Under the pieces are notes generated by a model. That model was not told the DNA's origin, searched no databases, and saw only the letters and a list, made by a program, of their open reading frames with translations. A program made the position numbers and the translations under genes. A stretch of 64,000 nt of DNA from Octopus sinensis (lineage: Eukaryota), in assembly GCF_006345805.1 (NCBI RefSeq), contig NC_043004.1, positions 82,894,001-82,958,000 of the forward strand, read 5' to 3'. The number at the start of each line of letters is the position of its first letter. The stretch's first letter is position 1. Of this stretch, positions 1-13,200 are shown one piece after another.

Positions 1-636
1 CACCCTACTATACGGCTGCGAGACGTGGACTGCTTACCGAAGGCACGAGCGCCAGATAAACCACTTCCATCTCAGGTGTCTTCGGAACCTCCTTCACATC
101 CGCTGGCAGGACAAAGTCCCAGACACGGAAGTTCTGAAGCAGGCAGATCTCCCTAGCACCATCACGATCATGCGCAAGGCCCAGCTGAGATGGGCAGGCC
201 ACGTCTCCCGCATGTCCGACATTCGCATCCCAAAACAGCTCTTCTACGGTGAACTCAGCCAGGGCAAACGCAAAGTCGGAGGGCAAAAGAAGCGCTTCAA
301 GGACAGTCTCAAAGTCTCTCTCACGGACTTCTCCATCGGCACAGAGACTTGGGAGACACTTGCTGCCGACCGCTCATCTTGGCGCAGCGCAATCATCACA
401 GGAGCAAAGACAGCCGAGGAGAGACGGATTCAGTCAGCAGAACAGAAACGCCAGATGCGGAAAGCCAGAGCCACCTGCACCAATAGCACAGCCCCTACCC
501 ACTTCTGCCCCACCTGTGGGAGGGGCTTTCTTGCCCGGATCGGCCTCACCAGCCACCTCCGGTCTCATAGCAGCAATTCCACCAAATGATGTCAATGGTC
601 ATCTTCGAACCCGAAGGACGAACATTATTATTAATA
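1..636 (+). mobile_element. RTE-clade LINE, 3' end (RT C-terminus, C2H2 finger, short 3' UTR, (ATT)n tail); continues off the left edge
   Basis: Frame open from nt 2 to 589: TLLYGCETWT...LRWAGHVSRMSDIRIPKQLFYGEL...GGQKKRFKDSLK...CPTCGRGFLARIGLTSHLRSH, typical of RTE/BovB-like ORF2. Much GC-richer than the flanks; attattatt follows the 3' UTR. Confidence 0.9.
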
Positions 637-734
637 AATACTAGAAAATTAATTTAATGTAATGATTGTTGTTTGTTCCTTCTCGAGCCATGCCTGGCTC
701 ATAAGGGCCGGTTTTTCAATTTGTGGGCGTATAG

Positions 735-1262
735 GTTCCCCACCTGGTCGGGACGCCGGTCCGTCGCAGGTGAGCTGCAAGATGTAGGAGAAAAGAGTAA
801 GAGAAAGATGTGGCGGAAGAGTCAGCAGAAGTTCGCCATTACCTTCTTATTTTTTTACTGCCCACAAGGAGCCAAACATAGATGGGACAAACAAGGACAG
901 ACAAAGAGATTAAGTCGATTACATCGACCCCAGTACGTACTGGTACTTAGTTTATCGACCTCGAAAGGATGAAAGGCAAAGTCGACCTGGGCGGAATTTG
1001 AACACAGAACGTAACGGCAGACGAAGTACCTATTTCTTTACTACCTACAAGGGGCTAAACACAGAGAGGACAAACAAGGACAGACAAACGGATTAAGTCG
1101 ATTACACCGACCCCAGTGCGTAGCTGGTACTTATTTAATCGACCCTGAAAGGATGAAAGGCAAAGTCGGCCTCGGCGGAATTTGAACTCAGAACGTAGCG
1201 GCAGACAAAATACCGCTAAGCATTTCGCCCGGCGTGCTAACGTTTCTGCCAGCTCGCCACCT
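735..1262 (-). mobile_element. Tandem/nested tRNA-derived SINE copies (Octopus OR2-like)
   Basis: Repeated blocks gtcgattacatcgaccccagt...cgaaaggatgaaaggcaaagtcgacc...ggaatttgaactcagaacgta; the same family recurs at 28.4-28.9 kb and 60.7-61.0 kb. Confidence 0.8.
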
Positions 1263-1269
1263 TATTTCG

Positions 1270-1405
1270 CCATTACCTTCTGCCGGACCCGCATGGAGCC
1301 TTGGTGTTTCGCTCATCAACACACACATCGCCCGGTCTGAGATTCGAACCCGCGATCCCTCGACCAAGAGTCCGCTGCTCTAACCACTAGGCCACGTGCC
1401 TCCAC
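1270..1405 (-). mobile_element. tRNA-derived SINE head (partial)
   Basis: Minus strand has A-box TGGCCTAGTGG and B-box GGTTCGAATC; same family as the full-length copy at 34450-34763. Confidence 0.75.
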
Positions 1406-1524
1406 TAATGTAACGATAGTGTGTCAAAAAGGAAACAGCACATAGGAATACCATAGTATTTTTCTAGGTTTCCAAGTATTATATAAGTCGGCGGGGGATG
1501 TATGTAGAATATTTATATATTTAC

Positions 1525-2595
1525 CTTTGAATTGATTTGTAATCCGTTGTATATTAATAGTATGCTATAAATTCCATTCAATGATCCGAAAATGATCTGA
1601 AGTGCGTAAATGGTTGGGGTTTGTACCTGCCTCGCAACTTCGTTTACTATAAGGCAACAAATAACCAATGAACTCACAACAGCGATAGCAGATGAATATT
1701 GAAGAACTGCATTCATATATTTTAATAAATCGCAGAGCTTGCCATGATTATTTATTATCTCAGTTAGATCTTCGTTGCAAGTAACTCTTGTATGATTTTC
1801 TTTATATTCGTTCAAAATATTTAGGAACATCTGCGTTATATGTTTAAATTCATTTGTTACAAGTAATAGGAATGTATGAAGACTTACATTCCAAGCTGAT
1901 TGAAGAAAAAAGACCCAGATATTTGTAATACAATTCAAAACTAACATAATATTATAACTGAAAGATTTGTGATTTTCAGTTTGTATAGGATATGTTAATA
2001 CATTAAAAAAATCAAGGTCATGAGGGATAAGTAATGGTAAAGCAATATAGACCACAATCGACAATATAATATTACAACCTATTTCGAATCGAATATTATT
2101 GATTCCGAATTTCCTATATTTATCGATATTCCTTAAACTTTCCATTTGCAATATATATTCACTATATTCGTGCATGAAGAAGCGTATTTTTTCCCGGTTC
2201 CAAATCAAGTTGAGTGTAATCATATCTGGATATATTTTCATAAAAAATGCTGAGCATTTCGCTACAAACTCGTCTGTAGCTGAATACTCTATTATAACAA
2301 AACAAAAGAAACGGACAATATCAAAAACCGGTATTAAATAGAGAAGAGGGCGGCAAAAATAAAGGATTCGTGTTTTAAATCCTGATTGTTTCCAAATTTC
2401 CGCGTCCATTTTTGTAGGAAACTTATCCAAAACCGAAACCTTATTTATAGCTGCCAGCATTTTCGGAAGATGTGTATCGTTTTTTGCTCTTGACTTCCGT
2501 TCATTACCATTTCCCTCCGGGGAATTCTTTCCGACCTTCCTTTTATGGACACGTACCATATTCGGAGAAAGAGAGAATACTTTTTGTGAAAACAT
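1525..2595 (-). CDS. GR/OR-like (7TM ion channel superfamily) receptor exon 1: N-terminus + TM1-TM6, 357 codons, ends at phase-0 donor
   Basis: ATG at 2595; about six hydrophobic segments; shares W..SG.K.R, WNR, EFK, HGKL..LLK..N and GLQ.N with the four paralogs; AAG|GTAAAT donor at 1525/1524. Confidence 0.82.
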
Positions 2596-2597
2596 TC

Positions 2598-2623
2598 TAT
2601 CTATCTATCTATCTATCTATCTA

Positions 2624-2654
<31 letters not shown>

Positions 2655-2689
2655 TTATCTATCTATCTATCTGTCTATCTATCTATCTA

Positions 2690-2776
<87 letters not shown>

Positions 2777-2791
2777 ATATCTATCTATCTA

Positions 2792-2838
<47 letters not shown>

Positions 2839-2859
2839 TATATATATATCTATCTGTCT

Positions 2860-2920
<61 letters not shown>

Positions 2921-2969
2921 TTATCTATCTATCTATCTGTCTATCTATCTATCTACCTATCTATCTATC

Positions 2970-3014
<45 letters not shown>

Positions 3015-3068
3015 GTGTGTATGTGTGTGTGTGCATGTGCGTGTGCGTGTGCATATATGTGTGTGTGT
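2598..3068. repeat. Compound microsatellite (CTAT)n/(TA)n/(TG)n
   Basis: Directly visible; begins 3 nt upstream of the exon 1 ATG. Confidence 0.95.
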
Positions 3069-3809
3069 CCACGTCAAGAAATGACAGAATTTTCAACGTT
3101 CTCTAGATAGACATAAACATAAGCCCCCAAAATGCAGCTTGATGGCTAGTAGAAGTCATAGAACAATATCCAGTATTTGCTAGAGTTCAGTAATACAACA
3201 TATAGTGGAATCTCAAAAAATCATCGCATATTTTATGACGGGGTAGTCACAAACGTTATCTTGAAATAAACTTTGCTTGTATCTCTGGTTTAGTCACTGG
3301 CAATCCTCATCCATTCCCCGTCTTCAGTGTTGTATCGAGTAAAAACAAGGCTGATAGTTATCTGTCTTCTTGCGAATACTTTAAGCTTTTAAAGAGCAGT
3401 AAACAAGAAATGCATGGAAAATAAAGTGTTTTCTGTTACGAAACCGTAAACCCTTCCGAAAGATGATCGAGAATTAATCCGTCGATTATACACATTCATA
3501 TACGTATGCAGAGTGTGTTAATGCGATGTGAAAATTAGCAATCCCAGGTTTCTATAGGAAATGTAGATGTTTCTATAGGAAATGTAGATTATTGGCTATT
3601 TATCTCATGGGAATAGATCAAATTAATGTAGACGCCTGTCATGAGAAACCAATATGATTAAAAAATCGATTAACGTTGTACATTTTTCTTTGGCAATGAG
3701 CTAACTTAGCTCCTTTTATAGAGGCACCACATATAACCATAGAGGTTATATATATGTGTGTGTGTGTATGTATGTGTGTGTATGTGTGTGTGTGTATGTA
3801 TATATATAA

Positions 3810-3851
<42 letters not shown>

Positions 3852-5684
3852 TTCAATTAAAAGGATTCATTAGGACTAGAGGCGCATCAACGTGTTGGAC
3901 TTTATATACAAAAAATTATATATACGCTTGTATGTATGTCAGAAATAAATATCCACACCATACAGTAGAATAGGCAATGTTATGTGTACGACGAGAAAAC
4001 CAAAAGAGACATATGAGTCTGCGTATGTATCTGTAGGTAAATGTATGTGCATATAAATTAATACAAACACATATTTATATAAGCTTTCTGATTAGTAAAT
4101 TCAGTGCACGCCCAATAATTAATGTTCTAACTATTTAGATAAGTAACCAAAATAATTGAAGGAACATCAATTAATATTTAAGTGTTCTGCAATCAATGGA
4201 ATAAATATATGTTGATAATATAGGTGTGGTATAAAAATATATAAAAAAATATATATAATCAATTATCCATCCTGTTATTTCTTTCATTATTCAGTTATCA
4301 ATGGATTACCTCCTAATAAAGTTTTGCTCGTGTGTTGTAGACGTCCTCCTCCTGTTTCGAAGATCAAAGTCAATCTTTTCAGATATAATGTATGCGAGAC
4401 TCTGTATTTTATGCTATATTTAGAAAAGGAGATGGGTGTATCCCATGATATTTTTAACGGCATCCAATGGCTAGTTAAGGGATGCTAAACTTTATGCATG
4501 AAATAATATAGATTTCATTGAAGTATGAAGTACAGCTGTTAAACCAGAATTTGGACGAAATCTGCCAACAAAACTCTAATAAAAGAACATGTGTGAATAT
4601 AAACAGATTTCTCTCTGTATAAGAAAACAATAACATACAAACAAGATGCCATCTACGCAAGATTAGAAGGAAACTAATTTGAAGTTTAAAAATCATGATA
4701 AATTCAAAGTGTAGTTCTACAGTATACTGAAGAAAGGGTGGACTGAAAAACACATACTGTACTCAATAACCTGCAAGATTCGACTGATAATATGTAGAAT
4801 CAATTGGTGTTTAATATAATGCGCTTACAAAACGTTGATTTCATGTGTGAGAGTTATATTAGTAGGATGTCAAATTTATATATATATTATATATATATAT
4901 ATAATATATATATAAATGAAAGAATGGAGTTGAATGACGAATTAACAAAATTCCTTTATTTTCGACATATGTTTCGAATTATCCATAATAAGATAATTCA
5001 TTCAACTACTCAATTATATATATATATTTATATATATATATATAGTTCATCCACGGAAGAGGGTGAATATATTCAAGCTCGACAGTTAGTCAATCACGTG
5101 TCTTCCTAGACGTCATTACAAATTTGAATGCAGTCCAGTTCTAAGAGCTACGTTTGGTTATGAAATATTAAAAATTTCGTTCAAAACAGAAAAGGTAAAT
5201 TAAGTAACGACAGCGAAAAGTTTGTTTTGAATATGAATATCCTAATTATTTTGAAAGTAAAGAACAGGTTAATTGGAACTATACAAATGCACTCATTAAG
5301 CAGACTCTGTGCTAAACACGTTAAAATATATTAACTTCAAAATAATAGCCTGACTTTAGGTGAGGAAGTTTTAGTTCAACCCTGAAATTGAATTTCAATC
5401 AAAATATCCCAACAATTTTTAAAGCAAACTCCACAATATTTGTCTCCAGATGCAAGAGTTGAATGAGAGGAATCTTGAGGAATCTTCTGGTGAAAACAAT
5501 TGTTTTATATTTCTTTTATTATTCAAAATTCAGATAAGCAAATTCATAGGAGACGAAATAACGCTAAGCATTTCTATCGTCGTGCTAACGATTTTGCCAG
5601 CATGACGCCTTCCCGGAATCATAATAATGATATTTGTATGTATAGTATTATAATATAAACAATATTAACAAACACAATACTTAC

Positions 5685-6761
5685 ATTATTATTGAGCCGT
5701 AGTCCTCTATATATCAACCATAAACAATAAATAAATGATGGCAATCCGAAGATGAGTTGTATAATGTAGATATCATCTGTTAATTCTTGATTTGCTAATT
5801 CATAGGCAAGAAGACAGGTACTGAGAAGACATGTCATTGTCGTAACAACACAAGCTGTTTGAAATAACGCGTTTATCAATTTTAATAAATGGCAAAGTTT
5901 TCCATGAGTTTTAATAATCAGATAGATTGTTTTACAGTCGTGGGTGCGAGCGTCAAATATTCCAGCATTTTCATCTTGCATTTTCATTAACATATTTTCA
6001 AATTTCTTTGACAAGCATTTAAACTCATCTGTAATAACTAATACGAGTATCTGGATCATGGTAGTGTTAGGAATTAAGAGGATTAATGTCAGTAAATTTG
6101 ATGTCAAATTCATTACCAAACCAAGGATGTAGCCATTACTGTCAGTTGTCAGCGGAAAAACAATGACACTTAGAAAAACGTTCGGTTCCTTTAATAACAG
6201 CGGCAATATTATTTGTACCACAAAACAGAGAGGTACACCAATAATCAGCTGCAGTACCATATCTAACATTACATATTTGTTATATCTAGCCATGTATTCG
6301 GTACTTTGGTTTATTGGAATATAATTCCCGAATTCGTGTATTAGCTGATTGATGATATACCTATTCCATATCATAGTTGCTGCAACTAGACATGGGAACG
6401 CCTTTAGTAATAGAAGAGAGGCGTTTGCAACAACACGGGCGTTATTCAGAGTTGAAACTTGTATTAAAAACCACAGAAATTTTATAGTATCACTAATAAC
6501 AAAGAAATAAATAATAGACAGCAAGCAATAAAAAAGGCGTTCCTTTAATCCAGACGATCCCCAAATTTCTTTATTCATTTTAGAAGAACAGCACAAAATT
6601 GAAAACTGTTTAATTTTCTTGAGGAATGAATTCAGATCTGAATCTTTTATTGGGTGTGATTTGTATTCATCTATATGTACATTAAACGACTCCCAAGGAC
6701 CGAGGATTGAACGACACGGCTCTATAGTTGAAGTAAACGTTTGGAAACCCTGTAAGGCCAT
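5685..6761 (-). CDS. GR/OR-like receptor exon 2: N-terminus + TM1-TM6, 359 codons
   Basis: First real ATG at 6761 (MALQGF...; the track start at 6863 is GTG); intact frame; motifs WGSSGLKER, IWNR, PINQSTEYMARY, DEFKCLSKK, HGKLCHLLKLIN; AAT|GTAAGT donor at 5685/5684. Confidence 0.85.
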
Positions 6762-7198
6762 GATGCATTTGTACAAGTTCAAAGTGAATTCGACGCACAG
6801 TTCAGTACATTTAGCATCACTGCCTTCTGTCTGTAGTAGTTTGTATATTACAGCACTCAACACAAGTAATAATATTTATACTAAGTCCATAATGACTAAA
6901 TGTTCCCGACGTAAATTAATTTTACATTTGCTGCATAAAGCTTATAAAGCTTACTTTTGGTATAGTAATTAACGTATGCACAATATAAATAACACTTGCT
7001 GTAATAAATTCTTCATAAATAATTTTTATTGTTTGTAATAGCGGCAGTAGTATAAACAGTTAAGCTTTGAAAAGCAAGTCAAAATTTATAGAAAATATAT
7101 ATTTAAGAATTATGATTGAACAAACAAGCGAAGTCTGTTAACATTGTTATAAGGATAATTTCTTTGTTCAGCGTGTCAATAACATCACTTCCGCATAT

Positions 7199-7242
<44 letters not shown>

Positions 7243-7589
7243 CTATGTAGAGCTAATGCTTTTTTCTTTGTGTACATAGTTGTGATATGTACGAGCATAC
7301 GTGTTGTAATTGTGCATTCAAATGTGCATTATGCAAAGCAGATATTCCGGTTGAGTGAAATTCTTAATTTTAATAGATAGAAATGCATTAACTCTATGGA
7401 CAATAATAAGCGGTAACTCTAGAGACGAATAATATCCACAGACCGCTGAAACCAGCTTAACATGTGTATCTACTAAAGAACACAATATATAAACAAAAAG
7501 CTGCTTAAAATTGAATGGTGTATTAAATTTAATCCGTTTATACACGTAGCACAGAATAAAAATTGAGCCATTACACTCTTTCTTTTACT

Positions 7590-7783
7590 CTTTTACTTGT
7601 TTTAGTCATGTGACTGTGGCCATGCTGGAGCACCACCTTTAGTCGAGCAAATCGACCCCAGGACTTATTCTTTGTAAGCCTAGTGCTTATTTTATCGCTC
7701 TCTTTTACCGAACCGCTAGGTTACGCGGACGTAAACACACGAGCATCGGTTGTCAAGCGATGTGGGGCGTGGGACAAACATAT

Positions 7784-7843
<60 letters not shown>

Positions 7844-8040
7844 TATATAGATATATATATATATATATATACATATATACGACTGGCTTCTTTCAGTTTC
7901 CGTCTACCAAATCCACTCACAAAGATTTGGTCGGCCCGAGGCTATAGTAGAAGACACTTGCCCAAGGTACGACGCAATGGGATTGAACTCGGAACCATGT
8001 GGTTCGTAAACAAGCTACTTACCACAAGCATTAACCAGCA
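7590..8040 (+). mobile_element. SINE (Octopus OK-like) with internal (TA)n
   Basis: cagtcat.tgactg.ggccatgctggagcacc...aaatcgacccc...gacgtaaacacacc...ccgaggctatagtagaagacacttgccc; near-identical copies at 12.1, 14.6 and 42.4 kb. Confidence 0.8.
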
Positions 8041-8373
8041 CAAATATTGAAACAATATTCTAAAATTCAAAATGTAGCGCTAAGATTATAGTAAGCAAAT
8101 ACAGAAAGTATCAATATACTTTAATATTCTAAGAGCGGATACTAGGTTTCAAATTCAGCAATCACTCATCTGAAACAGTTATTACCTTCTACGAGTTATT
8201 ACCTTTGGATGCATACGACAAATGTCTTGCTACAAGTAATAACGGTTTCGAATTTTCACAAAAGATCAGCAATTTCGCTGAGGGGAGTTATTCAATTACA
8301 AAGATATTGGTTCATTTATTATAAAAGAAGGGAAATAAAATATATGCGTATAATAATAATAATAACAATAATG

Positions 8374-8411
<38 letters not shown>

Positions 8412-8496
8412 TAATAATAATAATAATGATGATGATGATGATGATGATAATAATAATAATAATGATAATAATAATAATGATAATAATAATGATAAT

Positions 8497-8558
<62 letters not shown>

Positions 8559-8560
<2 letters not shown>

Positions 8561-8912
8561 CCGGCAGATGACAACGTGTCTCTAAAAGAAATGGAGAAAC
8601 TCTCAAAATACAAAGACCTGGAAATAGAGGTAACTAGAATGTGGAATCTAAAAACAGAAACAATTCCTATCATAGTAGGTGCATTAGGCATGATAAAAAA
8701 ATATTCAGACAAATACATAACAAAAACACCAGGACTTACAAACACATATAACATACAGAAAATTGCACTACTAGGCACTGCACACATCCTACGCAGAACA
8801 CTTTCCATACAATAACCATCAGAGCATCACAACAAATCACAGCACATACCCAAGGCACACAGAGCTGCGCTCGGTAGTGAAGTGAAAGCACGCTATAAAA
8901 ATAAAACTACTG
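8559..8912 (+). mobile_element. 5'-truncated R4/Dong-type LINE 3' end (subfamily A) in (AAT)n
   Basis: Encodes DDNVSLKEMEKLSKYKDLEIEVTRMWNLK...GTAHILRRTLSIQ, nearly identical to 51650-52002; (AAT)n on both sides. Confidence 0.88.
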
Positions 8913-8922
8913 AATAATAATG

Positions 8923-8996
<74 letters not shown>

Positions 8997-8998
<2 letters not shown>

Positions 8999-9179
8999 TG
9001 GGCCCCACCTGCAAGGTCATGTGCTGTTTATCTTGATATGCGATCCCCATGTCGCGCACATATGGTTGTGATGCATGTGCCTGGCGTACCCTTATCAGGC
9101 GGGTAGTCATGATGGGTATATTGGGCTTCGTATATTTTATCCCAGTGTCACTTTGATGGCATGAACTGCTCTCTCACTC

Positions 9180-9247
<68 letters not shown>

Positions 9248-9803
9248 ATGCTCTGATGCAGTACCAGGCAGTGGGTCTCATGGCTTCTGATCTTAACTGA
9301 TTGGAAGTGTTATCATATACATTGTTTTGTCTTGGTATAAAAGATGGGCTACAGCAAATATTCTGCTCAATACCATAGATTTGCTTGTCAGTTGTTTGAC
9401 CTCAACCAGTTGAGCCTGTCCCTTAGTCGCTGACGATATGCGCATCTCTGATCACGAGCAAAAGTAGTGGGGGAGCATCATAGCCATGTGTTGAGAGAGA
9501 TTCTTTGGGGTTTGAATAATTCACCTCTGGAAACATGGGTGGCTTCTTCAACATCCTTAAACAACCCTTATTCAGGGACCTTTTGAGCGGGATGGGCTAC
9601 TCAACCTGAAGAAAATTCTAACTGGTCCCCACCTGAAAGGTCACGTGCTTTTTATCTTGATATGAGATCACCATGTCGCGTACATATGGTTGTGATGCAT
9701 GTGCCTGGTGTACCCTTATCAGGCGGGTAGTCATGATGGGTATATTGGGCTTCGTATATTTTACCCCAGTGTCACTTTGATGGCATGCTCTGCTCGCTCA
9801 CTC
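8997..9803 (+). mobile_element. AAT-flanked ~560-bp non-coding element: 3' partial copy (8997-9179) and full copy (9247-9803)
   Basis: ctgatgcagtaccaggcagtgg...aactgggccccacctgcaaggtc...ctgctctctcactc then (AAT)n; at least nine related copies in the window. Confidence 0.8.
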
Positions 9804-9850
<47 letters not shown>

Positions 9851-9866
9851 TATAATAATAATAATG

Positions 9867-9948
<82 letters not shown>

Positions 9949-10885
9949 TAATAATAATAATAAAAATAAAAATAAATCGGGATTGTAAACACGGTACCGT
10001 ATAAAAAACATTCGCACTGAAAGCATATGTATGTGTACATACATATATTCATGCGTGCGTGTGGACACGATGTTGTGGGCGTGTTGCTGTGGTAGATTAA
10101 ATGCAGGTAAGCTCATTCTATCCTTTCAAGACGATAGATCAATTTTATTTTATATAATTGATTGTAAAATTAATTGCCAATTATTAAAGTACATTCTAGA
10201 AAGGATACTAACATTATATTATCTGGAGGATAACTCTTTTACACCCAGAAACTTAAACCCATTATAAGCTTTACTCTTCTTCCGTTAATCAAAGTAAAGA
10301 GAATCTTCAGTTTTGATATTGTGAGGGCTTTATCCAGCATCGTGCTTTAAATTGATATTTCCTTTATATGTAAACAGAAAAGAAATTACAAATCATTATA
10401 ACATTAGCAAAGTAACAGTTTATTTATTTAAACAATGGGTAAGATCTGATTCACAATAACAAAGAGATATCGATAATACATGCTTATATACATACAAAAT
10501 GCATTACATACACGTATGTACCGCTGTATGTACATAAAGATTCATGAATATCGCTAATATGTATTGACAATGCATTAAATATTTTGGTAGAGTTAATGTA
10601 GTAAAACATTCGTTAATAAATATTACTTTTATATATTAACAACGCATCACATTAAACAAGATGGGAAATGAAGACACGGCTATTAATCCAATAAATTACA
10701 TGTAAATGCTAGTGTGTGCGGAGGAATGGCTGTGTGGTAAAGAGCTTGCTTCTCAACCTTATGATTCGGGGTTCAGTCGCACTGTGTCGTACTTTGATCA
10801 GATGACTGTAATTCTGTCTCCTACGGTCAGCCAAAGCATTGTGAGTGGATGTGGTAGATGGAAACTAAAAGCAACCCGTGGTACG

Positions 10886-10947
<62 letters not shown>

Positions 10948-11131
10948 CATACACACACACACACACATATATATGATCTCAAGATTAATCAGCCGAAATT
11001 GCGAGGATGATCTGGTTCTTGTCTGAGGATAGAAAGCTTGTTTTTTTTTTTGTATCGTCTATCTGGATGTTTTGTTGTTCCTTTTTGTATCATCTAGTTG
11101 TCCGGATGTTTTGTGTTCTTATCCCATCTTG

Positions 11132-11194
<63 letters not shown>

Positions 11195-11763
11195 ATTTAT
11201 ATGTATGTATGTATATGTACGTATATACACACACACATATATAGACACACTCACTGATACATGTATACACGTATATATCAATGTATGGGGGTTTAGTTCA
11301 CAGGTGATCTAAACGATTATTTTCATTATTTACATTTGACAGATATAGAAGCGTGTACGCTAGGTTGATATGTTCACCTCTTTTTTTGGGGTGGGGGGTG
11401 TCTACTATATCAGTATTTTAACCCACATGGATATACGCAGGTTTGCACCTAAGGACTCATGCTTTGAGTTCTATAATTTCGGAAAGTTGAACTATAAAAT
11501 TTTATGCGTCTATTTTCTCTTCCCTTTCCATCTCCTTATTCTTTCACTCCCTTCCTCTATGTTGTTATCTTATTGATATATACCATTCACATTTTCCATA
11601 TTTTTCCCCAACTTTCTCTGATGACGGAATATCCCATACTCGGGGATATTCCAGAAACAGCTATAATATTTTGAATTTCCTCCGGTAATAATATTGTGTA
11701 TGACTAGAGATGGTTGCCTCGCCTTAATGTATGACGTCTTGTTTAAGAATTATATATGTATAA

Positions 11764-11803
<40 letters not shown>

Positions 11804-12074
11804 TTCTGTGTTTCTCCCTCCCCCACCGCTTGAGAATCACTGTTAGCGTACTTACATCCTTATAATTCGTAAGTCACGTCCTCCAAACGTTGTGACTCGC
11901 CAAACGAAAACCGATACAATAAATACGAAGTTTAAAAACTTATATACTGAGGTTCATTTCTTCGACTAAAAGCACATTAAAGTTGGCGCCTCGGTATGGC
12001 CACAGACTGAAACATTTAAGAAATAAAAGATAGGTTTTTGTGGGTGTGAGTATGTATATATATATATATACTCT

Positions 12075-12454
12075 TACTTGCTTCAGTCATTTGACTGCGG
12101 CCATGCTGGAGCACCGCCTTTAATCAAGCAACTCGACCCCGGGACTTATTCTTTGTAAGCCCAGTACTTATTCTATCAGTCTCTTTTGCAGAAACTCTAA
12201 GTGACGGGGACGTAAACACACCAGCATCGGTTGTCAAGCAATGCTAGAGGGACAAACACAGACACATAAACATATACACACACATACATATATACGACAG
12301 GCTTCTTTCAGTTTCCGTCTACCAAATCCACTCACAAGGTTTTGGTCGGCCCGAGGCTATAGCAGAAGACACTTGCCCAAGATGCCACACAGTGGGACTG
12401 AACCCGGACCATGTGGTTGGTAAGCAAGCTACTTACTACACAGCCACTCCTGCG

Positions 12455-12455
<1 letters not shown>
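12075..12455 (+). mobile_element. SINE (OK-like)
   Basis: Homologous to 7590-8040. Confidence 0.8.
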
Positions 12456-12491
<36 letters not shown>

Positions 12492-12629
12492 TAGCATTAA
12501 AGACCGGTCGTTGCCTGGTCATAGTGCTAGTGCATGTATATATGTGTATATATATGTGTACATATTACATGTACATCTATATATATATACATCTACACAT
12601 AAAATACAAAATACAAAGTTATATCTTCA

Positions 12630-13200
12630 TATCGCTAGTGATAACAATACTCAAAATATATAACAGACTGGAATTGTAGGCCTGTCTCTTGCAATTTCGA
12701 TCAATTGTATCTTGTCCTCACTCTTGTATAGAAGTGTGGCTACAATCCAGCCTACCTCTACTTCTGGTGGGACATTTTAAATTTTTATCCGGGACGTCCT
12801 ACGTTCCAGATATAAAGGTAAAAATAAAATATTTCCACTTTGTAAGGTTCGAATCGAGTACTCCCTTGCACGCTCCGTTGACTCGAACCTTGTATCTACT
12901 GTGGCGAATTTACCGCCTTTGGTTAGATATCTTTCATAGTCGCACCAAGACACTTTTCGATGGTGCTTTCCTCCAGGTATTCAAATCTTTTCTTTTTCTC
13001 TATACTTATACTTTATAGACAATAGTCTTTTCTTTAATTTAATGTTTTATTTCGTTTGGTGGTGTTACGCTAGATTCACCTTCTTTGTCGGTGATCAATC
13101 CGTATTTCTTCCATTTTAATTTCAATGAGTTCGCACCCGCCGACGGCTGCAGCGTAATTCCTTTTTGGACTTTCTTCTATCGAAGGCATTCTAACAAAAA
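12630..13200 (-). mobile_element. Degenerate non-LTR ORF1/gag-like fragment
   Basis: Minus-strand frame with stops: KGGKFATVDTRFESTERAREYSIRTLQSGNILFLPLYLERRTSRIKI*NVPPEVEVGWIVATLL; resembles RRM-type ORF1 of LINEs by eye. Confidence 0.35.

Noticed and set aside
2472-3110. Long ORFs of poly-I/Y/N/LSIY and similar (also 8296-8808, 18001-18689, 25008-25377, 37208-37633, 47734-48153)
   Set aside because: Translations of microsatellites, not genes.
3548-3589. 21-bp tandem duplication gtttctataggaaatgtagat upstream of exon 1
   Set aside because: Single local duplication with no counterpart upstream of the other exons.
4290-4486. Minus-strand open stretch ...YLKRLTLIFETGGGRLQHTSKTLLGG, vaguely like the TM7a region
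   Set aside because: No hydrophobic TM7, an unconvincing acceptor context, and not repeated in other gaps.
5378-5486. Possible private last exon for receptor exon 2: minus-strand ccag|KIPQDSSH...CWDILIEIQFQG*, ending in a QF reminiscent of the GR TM7 motif
   Set aside because: Only 36 codons where roughly 70-90 are expected after TM6, no TY, no TM-length hydrophobic run, and no homologous segment behind the other four donors. Kept only as a candidate to test with RNA-seq.
5619-6863. Full ORF-track lengths for the receptor ORFs (360-414 aa) as single-exon genes
   Set aside because: Three track starts are GTG/TTG, and the C-terminal residues after the conserved donor are non-homologous intron read-through; trimmed exons agree at 357-362 codons.
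8209-9900. Regularly spaced repeat/unique alternation resembling a CRISPR array
   Set aside because: Eukaryotic context; the repeats are variable-length (AAT)n tracts and the spacers are retroelement fragments.
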